Below, piece by piece: positions 51,760 to 64,000 of a DNA stretch of 64,000 bases (the first letter of the stretch is position 1; each line of letters starts with the position of its first letter). The position numbers and the translations under genes are program-made. Location of the stretch: positions 43,214,001 to 43,278,000 of the forward strand of contig OZ024742.1 in the NCBI GenBank assembly GCA_964016885.1, read 5' to 3'. Under the pieces are notes generated by a model. That model worked only from the letters and a program-made list of their open reading frames with translations, was not told where the DNA came from and made no database searches. This stretch comes from Eledone cirrhosa. Taxonomy: Eukaryota.

Positions 51760-53065
51760 ATGGATCGAGTTATGAAAATTATGGAAAAAGTTATAGTGCA
51801 ACTAATTAGAGAAAGAGTCAAATTTGACAAGATGCAGTTTGGTTTCATGCTTGGGAAAAGTACTACAGACGCCCTCTTTTAAGTGAGGCAACTACAAGAG
51901 AAGTTCTTAGCCAAAGATAAGCCACTATGCCTAGCAAGAAAAAGCGTTTGACATAGTACCCCGATCTATTATCTGGTGGGTTATTAAGGAAGTTAGGAGT
52001 AGAAGAATGGTTGGTGAAAGCAGTGCAAGTCATGTACAAACTGTCAGCAAAGTGAGAGTAGGAAATGAATGTAGTGAGGAATTCAAGGTACAAGTAGGAG
52101 TTCATTAGGGTTTGGTTCTTAGCCCACTACTATTCATTATAGTTCTCCAGGCTATAAAAGAGGAGTTTAAAGCCAGCTGCCCATGGAAACTTCTCTATGC
52201 AAATGATCTGGTCCTTAAAGCTGGATCCATTAAAGACCTAAAAAATAAGTTCCGACTATGGAAACAAAAGTCAGAATCAAAAGGCCTGAGAGAAAACTTG
52301 GCCATAACTAAATTGTTAGAGAGTAGGAGAAAAGATAGGACCCTGATTCCTTCAGGGAAGTGGCCCTGCTCAATATGTAGAAATGTAGTAAGCATAAACT
52401 CAATATGATGTACACAACATAAATCTTGGGTATATACAAGAGATGTAGTGGGATAACGAGTAAGCTAACAGGAAAAGAAGACTTTGTGGACATATTCAAG
52501 TCACAGAAAGGACCCATAGAAGTGGTTGATACATTCTGTAACTAGGCAATATAATCAGCAATGGAGGAGCGTGCTCTGAGAGCATAATAGCTATAATGAT
52601 AGGATGGAAAAAATTCAGAGAGCTACACCCAATGTTGACCACAAAAGGTTTCTCCCTACATACAAAAGGACAACTGTATGAAGCAACCATGCTCCATTGG
52701 AAGTGTAATTTATGTGTGAGAGATGGAGAGGCAGAGCTTGAACGAGTTGAAATAGAAACTGGGTTTAAGAGGAGTCTCAGGTGGTGTGCAGGTGAGAAGG
52801 CTGCATTAGTTTGAACTTGTGATGCGCATGGGCAATGATCGTTGGGTGAAGAAGTACCAGGAAATGCCAGTGGAAGGAAGTCACAGTAGATGTAGACCAA
52901 GAAAAAGCTGGGCAGAGGATGTAAGAGCTGACCTCAAATCACTGAGACTCACAGAGGTGATGACAAAGGACTACGCCGTGTGGAGGGATGCCATGCTGAG
53001 AAAGACCTGTTCAACCCATGCAAGCATGAAAAAGCAGACGTAGAAATGACAATGATGATGATGAT
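51760..53065 (+). mobile_element. Decayed RTE LINE
   Basis: MQFGF, VLSPLLF, KLLYANDL, WPCSIC, GWKKFREL, GAT tail. Confidence 0.85.
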
Positions 53066-55375
53066 GTTTTACAGCCTGATGCCTTTCCTGACACCAACCC
53101 TTTTACTAGCCTCTTACAAGTAGCATACACTCAATCTATAAGCAGTCGAGCTGATAATTCAGTCCTGGCTCAAAAGGACAGAGGGTAATAAAATAAATAA
53201 ATCCTCATAACCTTCTTGAATTTTGAGATGAACTATAGAGGGCATATAGGAGGGGACTTCAGCTGGTTCATCAATCCAGATCCCAAAGAGACAGTTGGAA
53301 GATGAATATTTGACTTCCCTTCAAAAAAGAAAACCCTTTCAGCCCCCTTGAATATTGAGGAAAGTTCCTACACCCTACAGCCTCAAGGTAGTCTTGTTAT
53401 GCCTTGTGATATTTCTCTCAGAGACTCTCAATATATAACAGAATCAGTAAACAAAATGCTCTGATGTATTTTTAGTTACAATCCTGTATGCTTTGATTCC
53501 AAATCTCAAGGCTGACTTTGTCTTTCATCATTCCAGGGAGAATAAAACAGTACTTGTTGAGTGCTGGGGTTGATATAACTATGACTATATTCCTTCTTTA
53601 TAAACACTGGCCTTTACAACTATGTTACAAATCATTATTGTTATTATCATTATGAGATGTATAGAAGTGTGACATGGGTGATAAATGTGGAGCAGCAGAG
53701 AAAACTAACAAGAATGGAAATTAATGAGATAGAGCCAGTGATGAAAGATAAATAGAATGAGATGGTTACGCCATGTTTGAGGAAGAGTGAAAATGACTGG
53801 GTGAGAAGAGTGGTGGAAATAGAGCCAGTGATGAATATTGTGAAGGGAAATGGAAGGGAGTAGAAGAAGGTGAAAACCAAGAAAGACATGGGTAAAGATG
53901 GTGGAGGAAGAAATTAAAGGGATTGGTGAGGATCAATGCAAACAATAGGACAAGAATCGAGAAGCTTTTCATGAGATCTGCAAGGCTAACCCCCTGCTTT
54001 GGCAGGGAAAATGGCCATAAAATGCTTGTTATTGTTAGAGAGTGGTGGATTGGCAGAATCAGTAGAGTACCAGAAAAATGTTGTATAGTACTAAGTTACA
54101 GCCTTTTCCATTTTGTACATAAATCTTAAAAGAGCTAACTTTCTTTATCATCCTTCTAGAGTTGGCAAAATAAGCCCCAACCAAATATCAGGGTCAATGA
54201 TGTTGTCTGCAATGTTCCTTAAAATGTGTGGCTTTGTGTTAGTATAAGAATAATTATATTATCACTTTCATATCTACAAAGATTGGGTCTTAGGATTTAT
54301 TATTACTACATCTGTTAATGTGTTGCTGTCATGGCTCATGTCAGCATAAGTTTAGTTGGCCTCCCATCAGGTAGTATCTCATAGGAGGTCTCAGGAAAGA
54401 ATCACTGAACAGATTTTACAGGCAAAACCAACCGGCAGGAGACCCAGGGGCAGAGTCTAATCCTATCATGTCCCCTTTTTCCTATGACAGGAGACAGAAT
54501 TTGAACTTAGAGTATACAGTACTAATACAGCATATATCACAAGGCATCTCATCCAAATATCTAACAATTCTGCTAATCCACTTCCCTAGACCAGTACTTT
54601 ATTTATCAACCCTGAAAGGACAAAAGGCAAAGTTGGCTTCAACAGGATTTGAATTAAGAATGCAGAGAGTCAGAAAAAATACTGCAAAACATTTAATCTG
54701 ATGCTCTAACGACTCAGCCAATTTGTTGACTTAACATCTGATATTTCCCTCCAAAGGTCCTTTTAATTACAGTTGGGGTCCTGAAGAGGTTAACAAAATT
54801 TGCTAGAGTATGATGAAGATATTACAAGTGAGAGGATTTAATTGTTAATCTCCTGTACCACATGAAACCACATTTACAAGGCATTCTTGAAAAGTATATA
54901 AATAGCACTATGACTGCATCACCATACAAAATTGAAGATCTGTCCACCAGTGAAGGCACTATAAACATTTAAATTTATAAACCTCCTACATTTAAATATT
55001 CTCTACTAAATTATTATCTGGTATTAAGAATTAATTCAAATGTTTATTGTATCTTCACTAGTGGACAGACCATTGTGAAAATTTGCTGTACTTAAAGACT
55101 TCAAATTTTAAATGTGACACAGCCATAAGGCTGTTTTGTACTTTTCAAGAATGTCTTGTGGTACATGACATTAAGAGTTAACTGATATGCACTGTTTTCT
55201 AAAGAAAGAGCTAGAGTTTGTTAGGATTAGGGAATCTTCATCAGTTTGTGTATGTGTGTATGCTTGTATAAATATATATATACAACAGTTAACACCCAAC
55301 CCACTCTGTGAGGTGGTAGTGTTGGTTTCAAAATAAAGGACAACATAAAAAGACACTTTGGGTGTGAAGTCTTAC

Positions 55376-55660
55376 CGGTAAATTCTGAATCTCGCCTGAA
55401 GATGTAACGACCTGTTGTATCACCTGAGCTGTCTGTATTTGTTGTTGTTGCTGTTGCTGAGCCTGTTGTGTTACCTCTTGCACTTGATGGGAAACTGCTT
55501 GTTGAGTGATGGCCTGTGTCACCGTAGTCTGTGTGGGCGTTGGCGTGGGAGGGGCCGGAGGAGGTTGGGTGACCACTGCTGTTTGTTGAACTGGTGACGT
55601 GGGAATTTGAATGATGCTGGAGTTGGGTAGGGCTACAAATTCATATCCATGTGCGGAGTT
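55376..55660 (-). CDS. NFYC: NF-YC exon (NSAHGYEFVALPNSSIIQIP...QQVVTSSGEIQNLP)
   Basis: Poly-T tract plus ctag acceptor, gtaaga donor, 285 bp phase 0/0, open Q/T/P-rich frame. Confidence 0.85.
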
Positions 55661-55769
55661 CTAGAAAGGAATGAAAAAAAAAACCTCTTATTTAATTTTT
55701 TTAAATATCACATTATAACTGCATAAAAAGGTGCAGAGCACTAAAAGTTGATAGAAGCCTTAGAGTGGG

Positions 55770-56163
55770 GAGACCCAAGAAGACCCAAGATGAGGTATAA
55801 AAGCTGATCTTGCCCAATTGCACCTCTCAAAGGCAATGACACAGGACCGAGACCTCTAGTGTTACGCTGTAATACAGAAGACCCGACTTCCCACAGGTAC
55901 AAGCCGAAGCTGAAATATATAGACAGTATGCCCCCACCTCCTTCCACTGTAAAGTGGTCGTGTAGGTGTCACGACAAAAAAGCACCTAGTCCACACTGTA
56001 AATGAGGTTCGTGTTAGGAAGGGTATCCAGCTGCAGAAATCAAGCCAAAATCAGTTCTGTATGAGCAAGACATGGTCACCCGACCTGGCATTGCCCACAA
56101 CAGGACAACCCATCTAACCCATACTAGCATGGAAGAATGGACGTAAAACGGTGATGATGATGA
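55770..56163 (+). mobile_element. RTE ORF end plus long 3' UTR module
   Basis: [11 protein letters not shown] remnant followed by the ggaagggyatccagctg module and GAT tail; similar copy at 45100-45520 on the minus strand. Confidence 0.7.
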
Positions 56164-56591
56164 TCATAAATGAAAATGTTTAACCCTTTCACTTCCATAT
56201 TTTTAATAATTTTTCAAATAATTCTGAAAATAATCACAAATTTGGAGTGACTTAGTTAATATAACTACCTTTTCTATTAAGCAAGTGTTTCGAGCAAAAC
56301 ATAAAAGTTCTTACATAAAATTATGATAGAATGGTTTTAGAGAAAAATGCAGTAAATTCCTCAAAGCCATTTTCACCTGCTAAAGCAAGAGTCACCTTTC
56401 AGAGTCCCATGAAAGACTTCATATTCATCATGCAGTCTTTTGATGCCAACATTTTTTAGTCTATTCTTACAATATGCAGGAATATGATGTATCTATTCTA
56501 AACTCAATACACAAAGCACTTTTAGATTTTAAACACTTTAAAATAAACAATTTAGTAAAAAATATATAGAAAATGACAGAAGAATGCATAC

Positions 56592-56653
56592 GTTTCCAAG
56601 GTTACCCGGTTGAGCGACTTGTATTTGGAAAGGAGACTGAATGAGATGTCCTC
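56592..56653 (-). CDS. NFYC: NF-YC small exon (GGHLIQSPFQIQVAQPGNLGN)
   Basis: tttacag acceptor, gtatgc donor; 62 bp converts phase 1 to 0 exactly as the flanking exons require. Confidence 0.75.
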
Positions 56654-57654
56654 CTGTAAACAGAATATTAATATATATTAAACAGGGTATCAGTAGTGCA
56701 AATCTTACTACAACTGTTATATTGAGGACCTGACCAATAATACACAGCAAGTGTTTTAAACCCACTCTAAAGTAGAGGTTAGCTGTGTGGACATCACAAC
56801 AGGTTTCTTGATTCTTCCCTAACCTCTGCAGCCCTATCATCAACTCTATTGGCTTTCTTCTTTTCCTCCATCATTTTTAGCCATATCTTTCTTGAACTTC
56901 TCCTTTTTCAGTCATTTCCATCACCCCTCTCACCCAGTAGCTTTCATCCTTCAAAATATGACTCAACCATCTTATTCCTTTTTTATTTACAACATTTATC
57001 ACTGGCTCTATTCCACAATAATTCTCTCACCCTTTCATCCTTCCTCAAGACATGACCCAACTATTTCATTCCATTTTTATTCACAACATTCATCACTGGC
57101 TATATTCCTGTCATTCTCTGCAATTCATTGTTTTCTGGACATGTAGGAAGGAGTATGGTGGTTTTGAAGGAGTCCATGGGAGCTATGGATATGTGGACAC
57201 GATAAAGCCACATAATTCTGCTTACTCCAATTGACTTAACTCTACAAATATACAAGACTCCATTCCTATCTTCACAGTTGAGGGGTGGTTAGCAGTAGGA
57301 CAGGGTACCAATCCAGCTGTTAAAACAACTGTTCCAACAAATTATTCATCTGACCTGTGCAACCAATTAAAATATTAATGTAAAAAGATTCAATAATAAC
57401 AGGAGATAGGAGTTAAACTCCAAATCCACAAAACCAGAACAGATATTACTAGGTTTCCCATTTAATGCTCTGCTCAAGCAAATCTAATAACCAGTTATCC
57501 AGGAATGTTACTTTATATATCAACTTTTAAAAAATGAAAGCTAAAGTTGACCTCAGAGTTCATGGCATCAGAACAAATACAAGACATTTAATCCTAGGCT
57601 CTAATAACTCTGTGAATTTGCCCAATTTATTATTTAATATCCTAGATCAGATTT

Positions 57655-58235
57655 AGTACATTCTATAAAGTGATTGGCATTAGGAAGAATATCTAGTTGT
57701 AGAAACCAGAACTGGAGGACTCTTCAGTTATGTTAAGGACATGACAATCTCTCCTGTGCTGGCACCATGATAAAATGCACCTAGTACACTCTGTAATCTA
57801 ATTAACATTAGAAATGGTACCTAGATAGAGAAACTGTGCTAAACAAAGGGTTGAGAGTATTCTTCAGTTGTCACAAGGGCATGACAACCACCCTAGTGCT
57901 GGTGCAACAATAAAATGCACCTGTACACTCTGTAAAGTGGTTGGCATTAGGAAGGGTATTCTACTATAGAAACCAATACTCTCTGTAAAGTGGTAGTGCT
58001 GGTATCATGATAAAATGTACCCAGTACAAAATGTAAAGTGGTAATGCTGGCTCCATGTTAAAATGCACCAAGAAAACTGTGTAAAGTTGTTGGCATTAGG
58101 AAAGGCATCCGACCATAGAAATCAGTACACTGTGTAAAGTGGTAGAGCTGGTACCATGCTAAAATGGACCCAGAATACTGTGTAAAGTTGCTGGTGTTAG
58201 GAAAGGTATCCAACCATAGAAACTGTGTTAAAACA
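57655..58235 (+). repeat. Degenerate tandem array of the gtaaagtggttggcattaggaa / gtgctggyaccatg module
   Basis: Five or six diverged repeats visible. Confidence 0.7.
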
Positions 58236-58400
58236 ATTACATCAAAACTTGAATGTATGTAAGCAAGACTTGAACCCCAGTCAGTCTAGAAGGACAGTAG
58301 CTCTGATTACAAGCTGATTTGATTTGTAACAACTCATCCAACCCATGCCAGCATACATAAAATAATGATGATATGACAAAAATGATGTTAATTAAATTAC

Positions 58401-58567
58401 CTTGACTCAGTACAACAGGGAAGCCATCTCCTGATAGCTGTATTTGTGCAGTTTGTTGTGCCTGAGCCACCTGCACTTGTGGTGCAGGTGTAGAAGCAGG
58501 TTGTGGCTGCAACTGTTGAGCTTGTTGCTGCACTTGTTGTTGCTGTTGTTGTTGTTGTTGCTGTTGT

Positions 58568-58605
<38 letters not shown>

Positions 58606-58833
58606 CTGCTGCTGCTGTTGTTGTTGTTGTTGTTGCTGCTGCTGCTGCTGCACTTGTTGTGATTGAGATTGCTGTTGTTGCACTTGTGAAGATGGCTGTT
58701 GTTGTTGGGTTGTTTGTTGCGGTTGTTGTTGTTGTTGCTGTTGCTGTTGTTGCTGCTGGTTTTGTTGGGCCAGTTGAAAGTAGTACTGAATCTGATCTGG
58801 TAACATTGATGTACTTCTCGCTGTCTCGTCTTC
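58401..58833 (-). CDS. NFYC: NF-YC polyglutamine exon (EDETARSTSMLPDQIQYYFQLAQQ...Q39...VVLSQ)
   Basis: QYYFxLAQQ motif conserved in NF-YC; atag acceptor ending at 58834, gtaatt donor at 58400; 433 bp. Confidence 0.9.
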
Positions 58834-59069
58834 CTATTAAGAGAAACAATAAGATGCAAAGTGAAAGGTGAACGATAAGTCTTCTAATCATTATTCCCAC
58901 TTACAGCAGAGTATGTAATGTCAAGAAAATATCGGTACTCTAGAATTTTCCTGATTGCGTTTTTAAGCTAATAACTTCCCACGAAAGGCGAGCCTAGCAG
59001 TGGTAATTTCTGCCAGAAGTAAATATATATGTAAATATCAGCCTGTTGGGGAGGTATGTATACTATCTA

Positions 59070-59196
59070 CAAGTAGTAGTAGTGGTGGTGGTAATAGTGG
59101 TAGTAGTAGTGGTGGTGGTAGTGGTGGTGGTGGTGGTGGTAGTGGTGGTGGTGGTGGTGGTAGTGGTGGTGGTGGTGGTGGTGGTAGTAGTAGTAG
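59070..59196. repeat. (GGT/AGT)n trinucleotide microsatellite in an NF-YC intron
   Basis: Direct inspection. Confidence 0.95.
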
Positions 59197-59229
59197 AAAC
59201 GTCGGGGAGTCATCAGGGTAAATGCTTAC

Positions 59230-59325
59230 CTGCCGTTTTGGTGGTTTCAGTTCATCTCGGGGAACAATGTCGATGAGAAAATCAAACTGGTCAAATTTTG
59301 TAATAGCCATAGCAATATCATTTCG
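59230..59325 (-). CDS. NFYC: NF-YC exon, end of histone fold and alpha-C ([32 protein letters not shown])
   Basis: Matches the conserved metazoan NF-YC peptide as I recall it; acag acceptor, gtaagc donor, 96 bp; upstream exons lie beyond the window. Confidence 0.97.
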
Positions 59326-59363
59326 CTGTCAATAATAAAATAAAACTATATAAATGTACTATA

Positions 59364-59544
59364 TATGAGGGTCGGTAGAAAAGTTCATAGGCTCACCAAA
59401 TGAGGTATATTCTTTTTAATATAGTCCCTAGAAAGAAACAATGCAGTTATTGATAAGAAGATTTGGAATTAATGCATGCAAGATTTCGCAAAACTAGCAT
59501 CACTCTTTCATAGTCAGCCTATGAATTTTTCAGCCGACTCTAGT
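59364..59544. mobile_element. Mariner/Tc1-type MITE
   Basis: TA-flanked TIR gagggtcggtagaaaagttcataggct / agcctatgaatttttcagccgactctag; extra half copy at 59712; smaller relative at 43993-44060. Confidence 0.65.
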
Positions 59545-60419
59545 ATATATACATATCATCATCAATTAACGTCCATCTTCCACACTGGCATGGGTTAGAC
59601 GGGTCCTATTTTGAGGCAAGTTGTGTCGGGTGACCGTGTCTCGCTCAAATAGGGGCATTTCTGGCTTGATGCCCTTCCTAACGCCAACCACATTTACATA
59701 TATATTTATATTAGAGTCGGCTGAAAAATTCATATATATATAGAGAGAGAAAGGATTTTGATTCCTTGTAGGCACCTCACTTTTTTATTTAATTTACTCC
59801 TTATATATAGTGGTCAACTGCTATTGCAGTTATTTTCTGCATTTCAGACTGTCACATTGGACTGTCGATTTGATAATTCATAACATTTGTTTACATCCAA
59901 CTACATTCTAGCTTCATGCTGTATAGCACACTAAAAGACTGGAAGAAAGATCAGTCGTTCTTTAACATATGAGTAACACACTTGTACTATATAGGAAAGA
60001 TACGAGGTTCAGTTCCTTGTAGGCAGCTCTGTTCACTTTTCCCGCCTCCAATGATAATTTACCCAATTTTCTCAACTATTAACTATAGTGATCAACTGTT
60101 GTTAGTTATTTTTGGGGTTTGGGATTCTCTATATATACATATACAGTAAATATTGGTGAAAGTCATATGAAGTTATGTATGAATTTATTTAGTTATTATA
60201 CATGTTTCTCTGGGGTCAGTGATTAGATCATGTAATCACCACATAACCATTGGCCCGAGCTAATCAGATAGCATTTAGGGATAAAGACAAGTAACTTCTA
60301 TAGTTTATCGATACAAGGCATAGAGCATGTTCACATCAAGCTGGCCGGCCCCCATATGATATCTACTCCTCTCAAAAGGAAGAGGCCTGGAAATGTTACT
60401 ATGTGAGGCTGATGAATGT

Positions 60420-61095
60420 AAAGAATAAATGGGATGAAGAATGACTACTCCCAAATTACCAAACAAAGGGACGAGCTATTGAAATTGACAGTTATAGGCT
60501 CAAAGAAGCAACAGGACCATCAGAGATAGTTCCCAAGATGCTAAAATCATCAGAAGTAGGAGTCAAACTAGTAACCTGCATAGACAATCAGGTAATACAG
60601 GATGGAATCATACCAAATGACTGGCACAGCAATACCATCATAGATTGCTACAAGGGCAAAGGGGATGTTCTAGAAAGGAACAACTACATAGGAATAAAAC
60701 TAATGGACGAAGTTATGAAAGTGATGGAAAAGTTATAGCACAACTAATTAGAGAAAGAGTCAAATTAGACAAGACGTAGTTTGATTTCATGCATGGGAAA
60801 AGTACTTAGTGAGGCAATTACAAGAGACACTCCTAGCCAAGAATAAGCCGTTATATTTAGCTTTTGTTGAACTAGAAAAGGCCTTTGACAAAGTACTCCA
60901 ATCTATTATCTGGTGGCCCTTAAGGAAATTATGTGTAGAAGAGTAGCAAGCATGTACAGAGGAGCTGTCAGTAAAGTGACCATGGAAACAGAATTTGGAA
61001 ACAAAAGGTGTAAGAGTAAACTTAGCCAAAACCAAAGTGCTAGAAGTAGGAAAGTGGCCCTGTTTAATATGTAGAAAAGGAGTAGACATAAACTC
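60420..61095 (+). mobile_element. Decayed RTE fragment
   Basis: IPNDW..YKGKGD..NY.GIKL, KNKPLYLAFVELEKAFD. Confidence 0.75.
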
Positions 61096-61629
61096 CCTCT
61101 TTCTCTCTCTCTATATATATATAACAAATAGTTTTATCGCTCTACATGTCTAAATACAAGAAAAGTAAATCTAAGTTTTTCAAATATTAATAATAATATT
61201 TGATTCATTTGCAATTATGCAAACAGCCTCTTAAGCCAGTAGAATGACCCTGTCATTCTTGGTCTTGTGTTGGCATATAAACAGAACGGCAAACACTAAT
61301 GTTTCTGGGTTATTACCCTTCATCAGTGCCATATACTGTTTACCTGACAACTGTCAGAGATAGTGAAAATATATATTTTCTGGAATATACAATGACTCAT
61401 CGGCCTGATTTGCATATTAGCAAACTGCCTGATCAGTCAGATCTACATATTATCAGACCCACTGATCAGCCAGATTTGCATATCAGTACAGTTTTATGTA
61501 TACAAGCAATTAATGGCTGGCTTTGCCATAATCAAACAACTAACAAATAGTTTTATCACTCTACATGGCTGAATACAAGAAATGTAAATATGAGTTTGCA
61601 ATTACAAGAGAGTTTGTAAATATGAGTTT

Positions 61630-62955
61630 GCAATTACAAGAGAGGTTCTTAGAGAAAAATAAGCCACTATACTTAGCCTTTGTTGACCTAGAGAAGGCCT
61701 TTGATAGGATACCCCGATCTGTCATCTGGTGGTCCCTAAGGAAACTAGGTGTTGAGGAATGGCTTGTGAGGACAGTGCAAACTTTGGACAGAGGTACTCT
61801 CAGTAAAGTGAGGGTAGGAATGGAGTTTAGTGAGGAATTCCAGATACAAGTAGGAGTCCATCAAGATTTGGTCCTCAGCCCGCTCTTGTTCATTATAGTC
61901 CTCCAAGCCATAACAGAGGAGTTTAAGACTGGCTGTCCATGGGAACTTCTCTATGCTGACGATCTGGTTCTTATAGCAGAATCAGTAGAGGAGCTAGAGA
62001 ATAAATTCTGGCTATGGAAACAGCAGTTGGAAGCAAGAGGACTGAGAGTGAACCTAGCTAAGACAAAAGTGTTGATGAGTAGAAAAGAGGACAAAACTCT
62101 GATTCCATTGGGGAAATGGCCATGTTCGATATGCAGAAAAGGAACTGGCATAAATTCTATAAAATGCACACAATGCAGATCCTGGGTACACAAGAGATGT
62201 AGTGGGATAGCAGGCAAACTAACAGGTAGGGAGAAATACGTATGCAGTAGATGTACAGGGAAATTAGACAGTAGAAGTCGCATTGATAGACACATTTTTC
62301 AAATGCAGGCGGGTGCTATAGAAGTGGTTGACAGCTTCCGGTACCTAGGAGATCAGATTAGCATGGGATGGGGGGTGGGGGGTCCGAGGCCATAGTATTT
62401 AGAATAAGGACGGGTTGGAAGAAGTTTAGGGAGCTGCTTCCTCTGCTGATAAAGAAGGGTTTCTCCCTGCGAACGAAAGGCTGGTTATATGATGTCTGTG
62501 TGAGGAGCGCGATGCTGCATGGTAGTGAGATATGGGCAGCAACAGCAGAGGATATGCGACGGCTGGAGAGAAATGAGGCAAGCATGCTCCGTTGGATGTG
62601 CAATGTCAATGTGCGTGAACGACCCAGCATAAATGTGTTGAGACAGAAACTGTGTCTGAGAAGGATAGAATGTAGTGTGCGAGAGAGGAAACTGAGGTGG
62701 TATGGACATGTGATGCGCATGGAGGATGACCGATGGGTGAAGAAGTGCCAGGAAATGCCAGTTGAAGGAAGACGTGGTAGAGGTAGACCACAAAAAACAT
62801 GGTCGGAGGTGGTGAGAACAGACCTCAGATCGCTGAAGCTCACGGTGGAGATGACGAAGGACCGTGACAAGTGGAGAGATGCTGTGCTGAATAAGACCCG
62901 CCCCACCTTTGCAAGCAGGGAAAAGCGGACGTAAAATGATAATGATGATGATGAA
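61630..62955 (+). mobile_element. 5'-truncated RTE LINE, best-preserved copy (one frameshift in a G run near 62370)
   Basis: DLEKAFDR, LLYADD, PHD-like finger, VDSFRYLG, LRWYGHV, GRP.KTW; the stop runs directly into the GAT tail. Confidence 0.93.
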
Positions 62956-63172
62956 TTATCCAAAGAGCCTCTTAATCCATGTCAGTAGAATGACCCCCGT
63001 CATTTTTGCTCAAAGCCGGCCATTAATCGCTCGTTTACATAAAACTGACTAGCCTATCTGCTGATAAGAAAATCTGGCTGATTAGTGAGTCTTCTAATAT
63101 GCATAATTGCAAACGAATCGAATATTATTATTAATATTCGAAAAACTCAGATTTACATTTCTTATATAAACC

Positions 63173-63530
63173 GGAGCAATGTGAAATAAAGTGTCTTGCT
63201 CAAGGAAACAACACATCACCCGGTCTGAGATCGAAAGGTTGTGAGTTCAATTCTCAGACCGGGTGATGTGTTGTTTCCTTGAGCAAGACACTTTATTTCA
63301 CATTGCTCCAGTTTACTCAGCTGTAGAAATGAGATGATAGGGACTGGGGTCCCTATCATTCCACTCCAAAGTGGTCGTGGAGGTGCCACGGCAAAAAAGC
63401 ACCCAGCACTCACTGTAAATGAGGCTGGTGTTAGGAAGAGCATCCAGCTGTAGAAATCAAGCCAGAATCAGTTCCCATCCCACCCTTCGAAGCAGGGAAA
63501 AGCGGACGTAAAAATGATGATGATGATTAA
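63173..63530 (+). mobile_element. Chimeric SINE with a 58-bp inverted duplication at its 5' end
   Basis: 63173-63230 is the exact reverse complement of 63252-63309. Confidence 0.85.
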
Positions 63531-64000
63531 ACGATGATGATATATATATATAGTGTCTCTGTTTTTCTTTTGATAAAATTTAAAATTATCTATTAGTGTA
63601 TTGAGTTGCATATGTGATGTGTGTAGAGAATCCATGCAAAGTATGCATATTGGATGTATATATCTGTATGTATGTCTGTGTGTATATATATATATATATA
63701 TGATGCCTAGTAGACAACTGAAAATGGATAATCCTAACTTCTAATTTCTAATTTTTCATTATACTTAATTGCAACAACACAGCTCGCCATTTTGATTCAT
63801 ATAAGCTTCCCCCTTTGCTGTGCCCATCTATTTTCTCTTCCCTTGCTGCTATCCTCTCTCCCTCCTTCTCCCTCTTACTTTCACTCACCCCCTCTGCTAG
63901 TCACTTTCTCTCGGCTAGCCTCTTCCTCGCACTTTCACTCACTCACCCTCTCTCTCACTTCCTCCATCGTCCAGCACTGTATGCGGTCTTTCTTCTCGCT

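Noticed and set aside
58397-58900. Poly-Asn/Ser, poly-Ala/Thr and poly-Leu ORFs
   Set aside because: Alternative frames and strand of the NF-YC CAG/CAA tract
59038-59229. Poly-proline extension of NF-YC
   Set aside because: Read-through past a strong gtaagc donor into an intronic (ACC)n microsatellite
61565-62934. Retron, DGR or domesticated RT gene
   Set aside because: Ordinary 5'-truncated, frameshifted RTE copy with many siblings; the N-terminus comes from an adjacent repeat
63760-63800. caaaATGGCG on the minus strand as an NF-YC start exon
   Set aside because: The frame closes after about 18 codons with no NF-YC similarity, the histone-fold exons are not between it and 59325, and neighbouring sequence resembles the repeat at 8230

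Overview
This is eukaryotic, AT-rich animal genomic DNA with very large (TA/CA)n microsatellites. The repeat landscape (RTE LINEs with GAT tails, Deu/Nin-like and CORE-like SINEs) suggests a coleoid cephalopod such as octopus; that is inference, not a database result. Two intron-rich host genes lie on the minus strand. One is the first three coding exons of a carbonyl reductase 1-like SDR (12078->1536, continuing off the left edge). The other is the last six coding exons of NF-YC (59325->44148), including a 39-Gln tract. The rest is mostly transposon debris: CRE-clade, L1/Tx1, CR1 and RTE non-LTR elements, a degenerate Helitron, an internally deleted Gypsy element, a non-coding LTR element plus a solo LTR, MITEs and foldbacks, and a 3.4 kb minisatellite. 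The most unusual signals are: (i) an inverted-repeat element whose two arms together reconstruct a Penelope-type hammerhead ribozyme; (ii) LTR elements with non-canonical TG..TA or TG..AA ends, exact 4-bp TSDs and tRNA primer sites; (iii) PHD fingers in two unrelated retrotransposon clades; (iv) a modular LINE 3' UTR captured by a SINE head; (v) branch-point-like motifs amplified about 57 times next to a splice acceptor. No CRISPR or prokaryotic system is supported.
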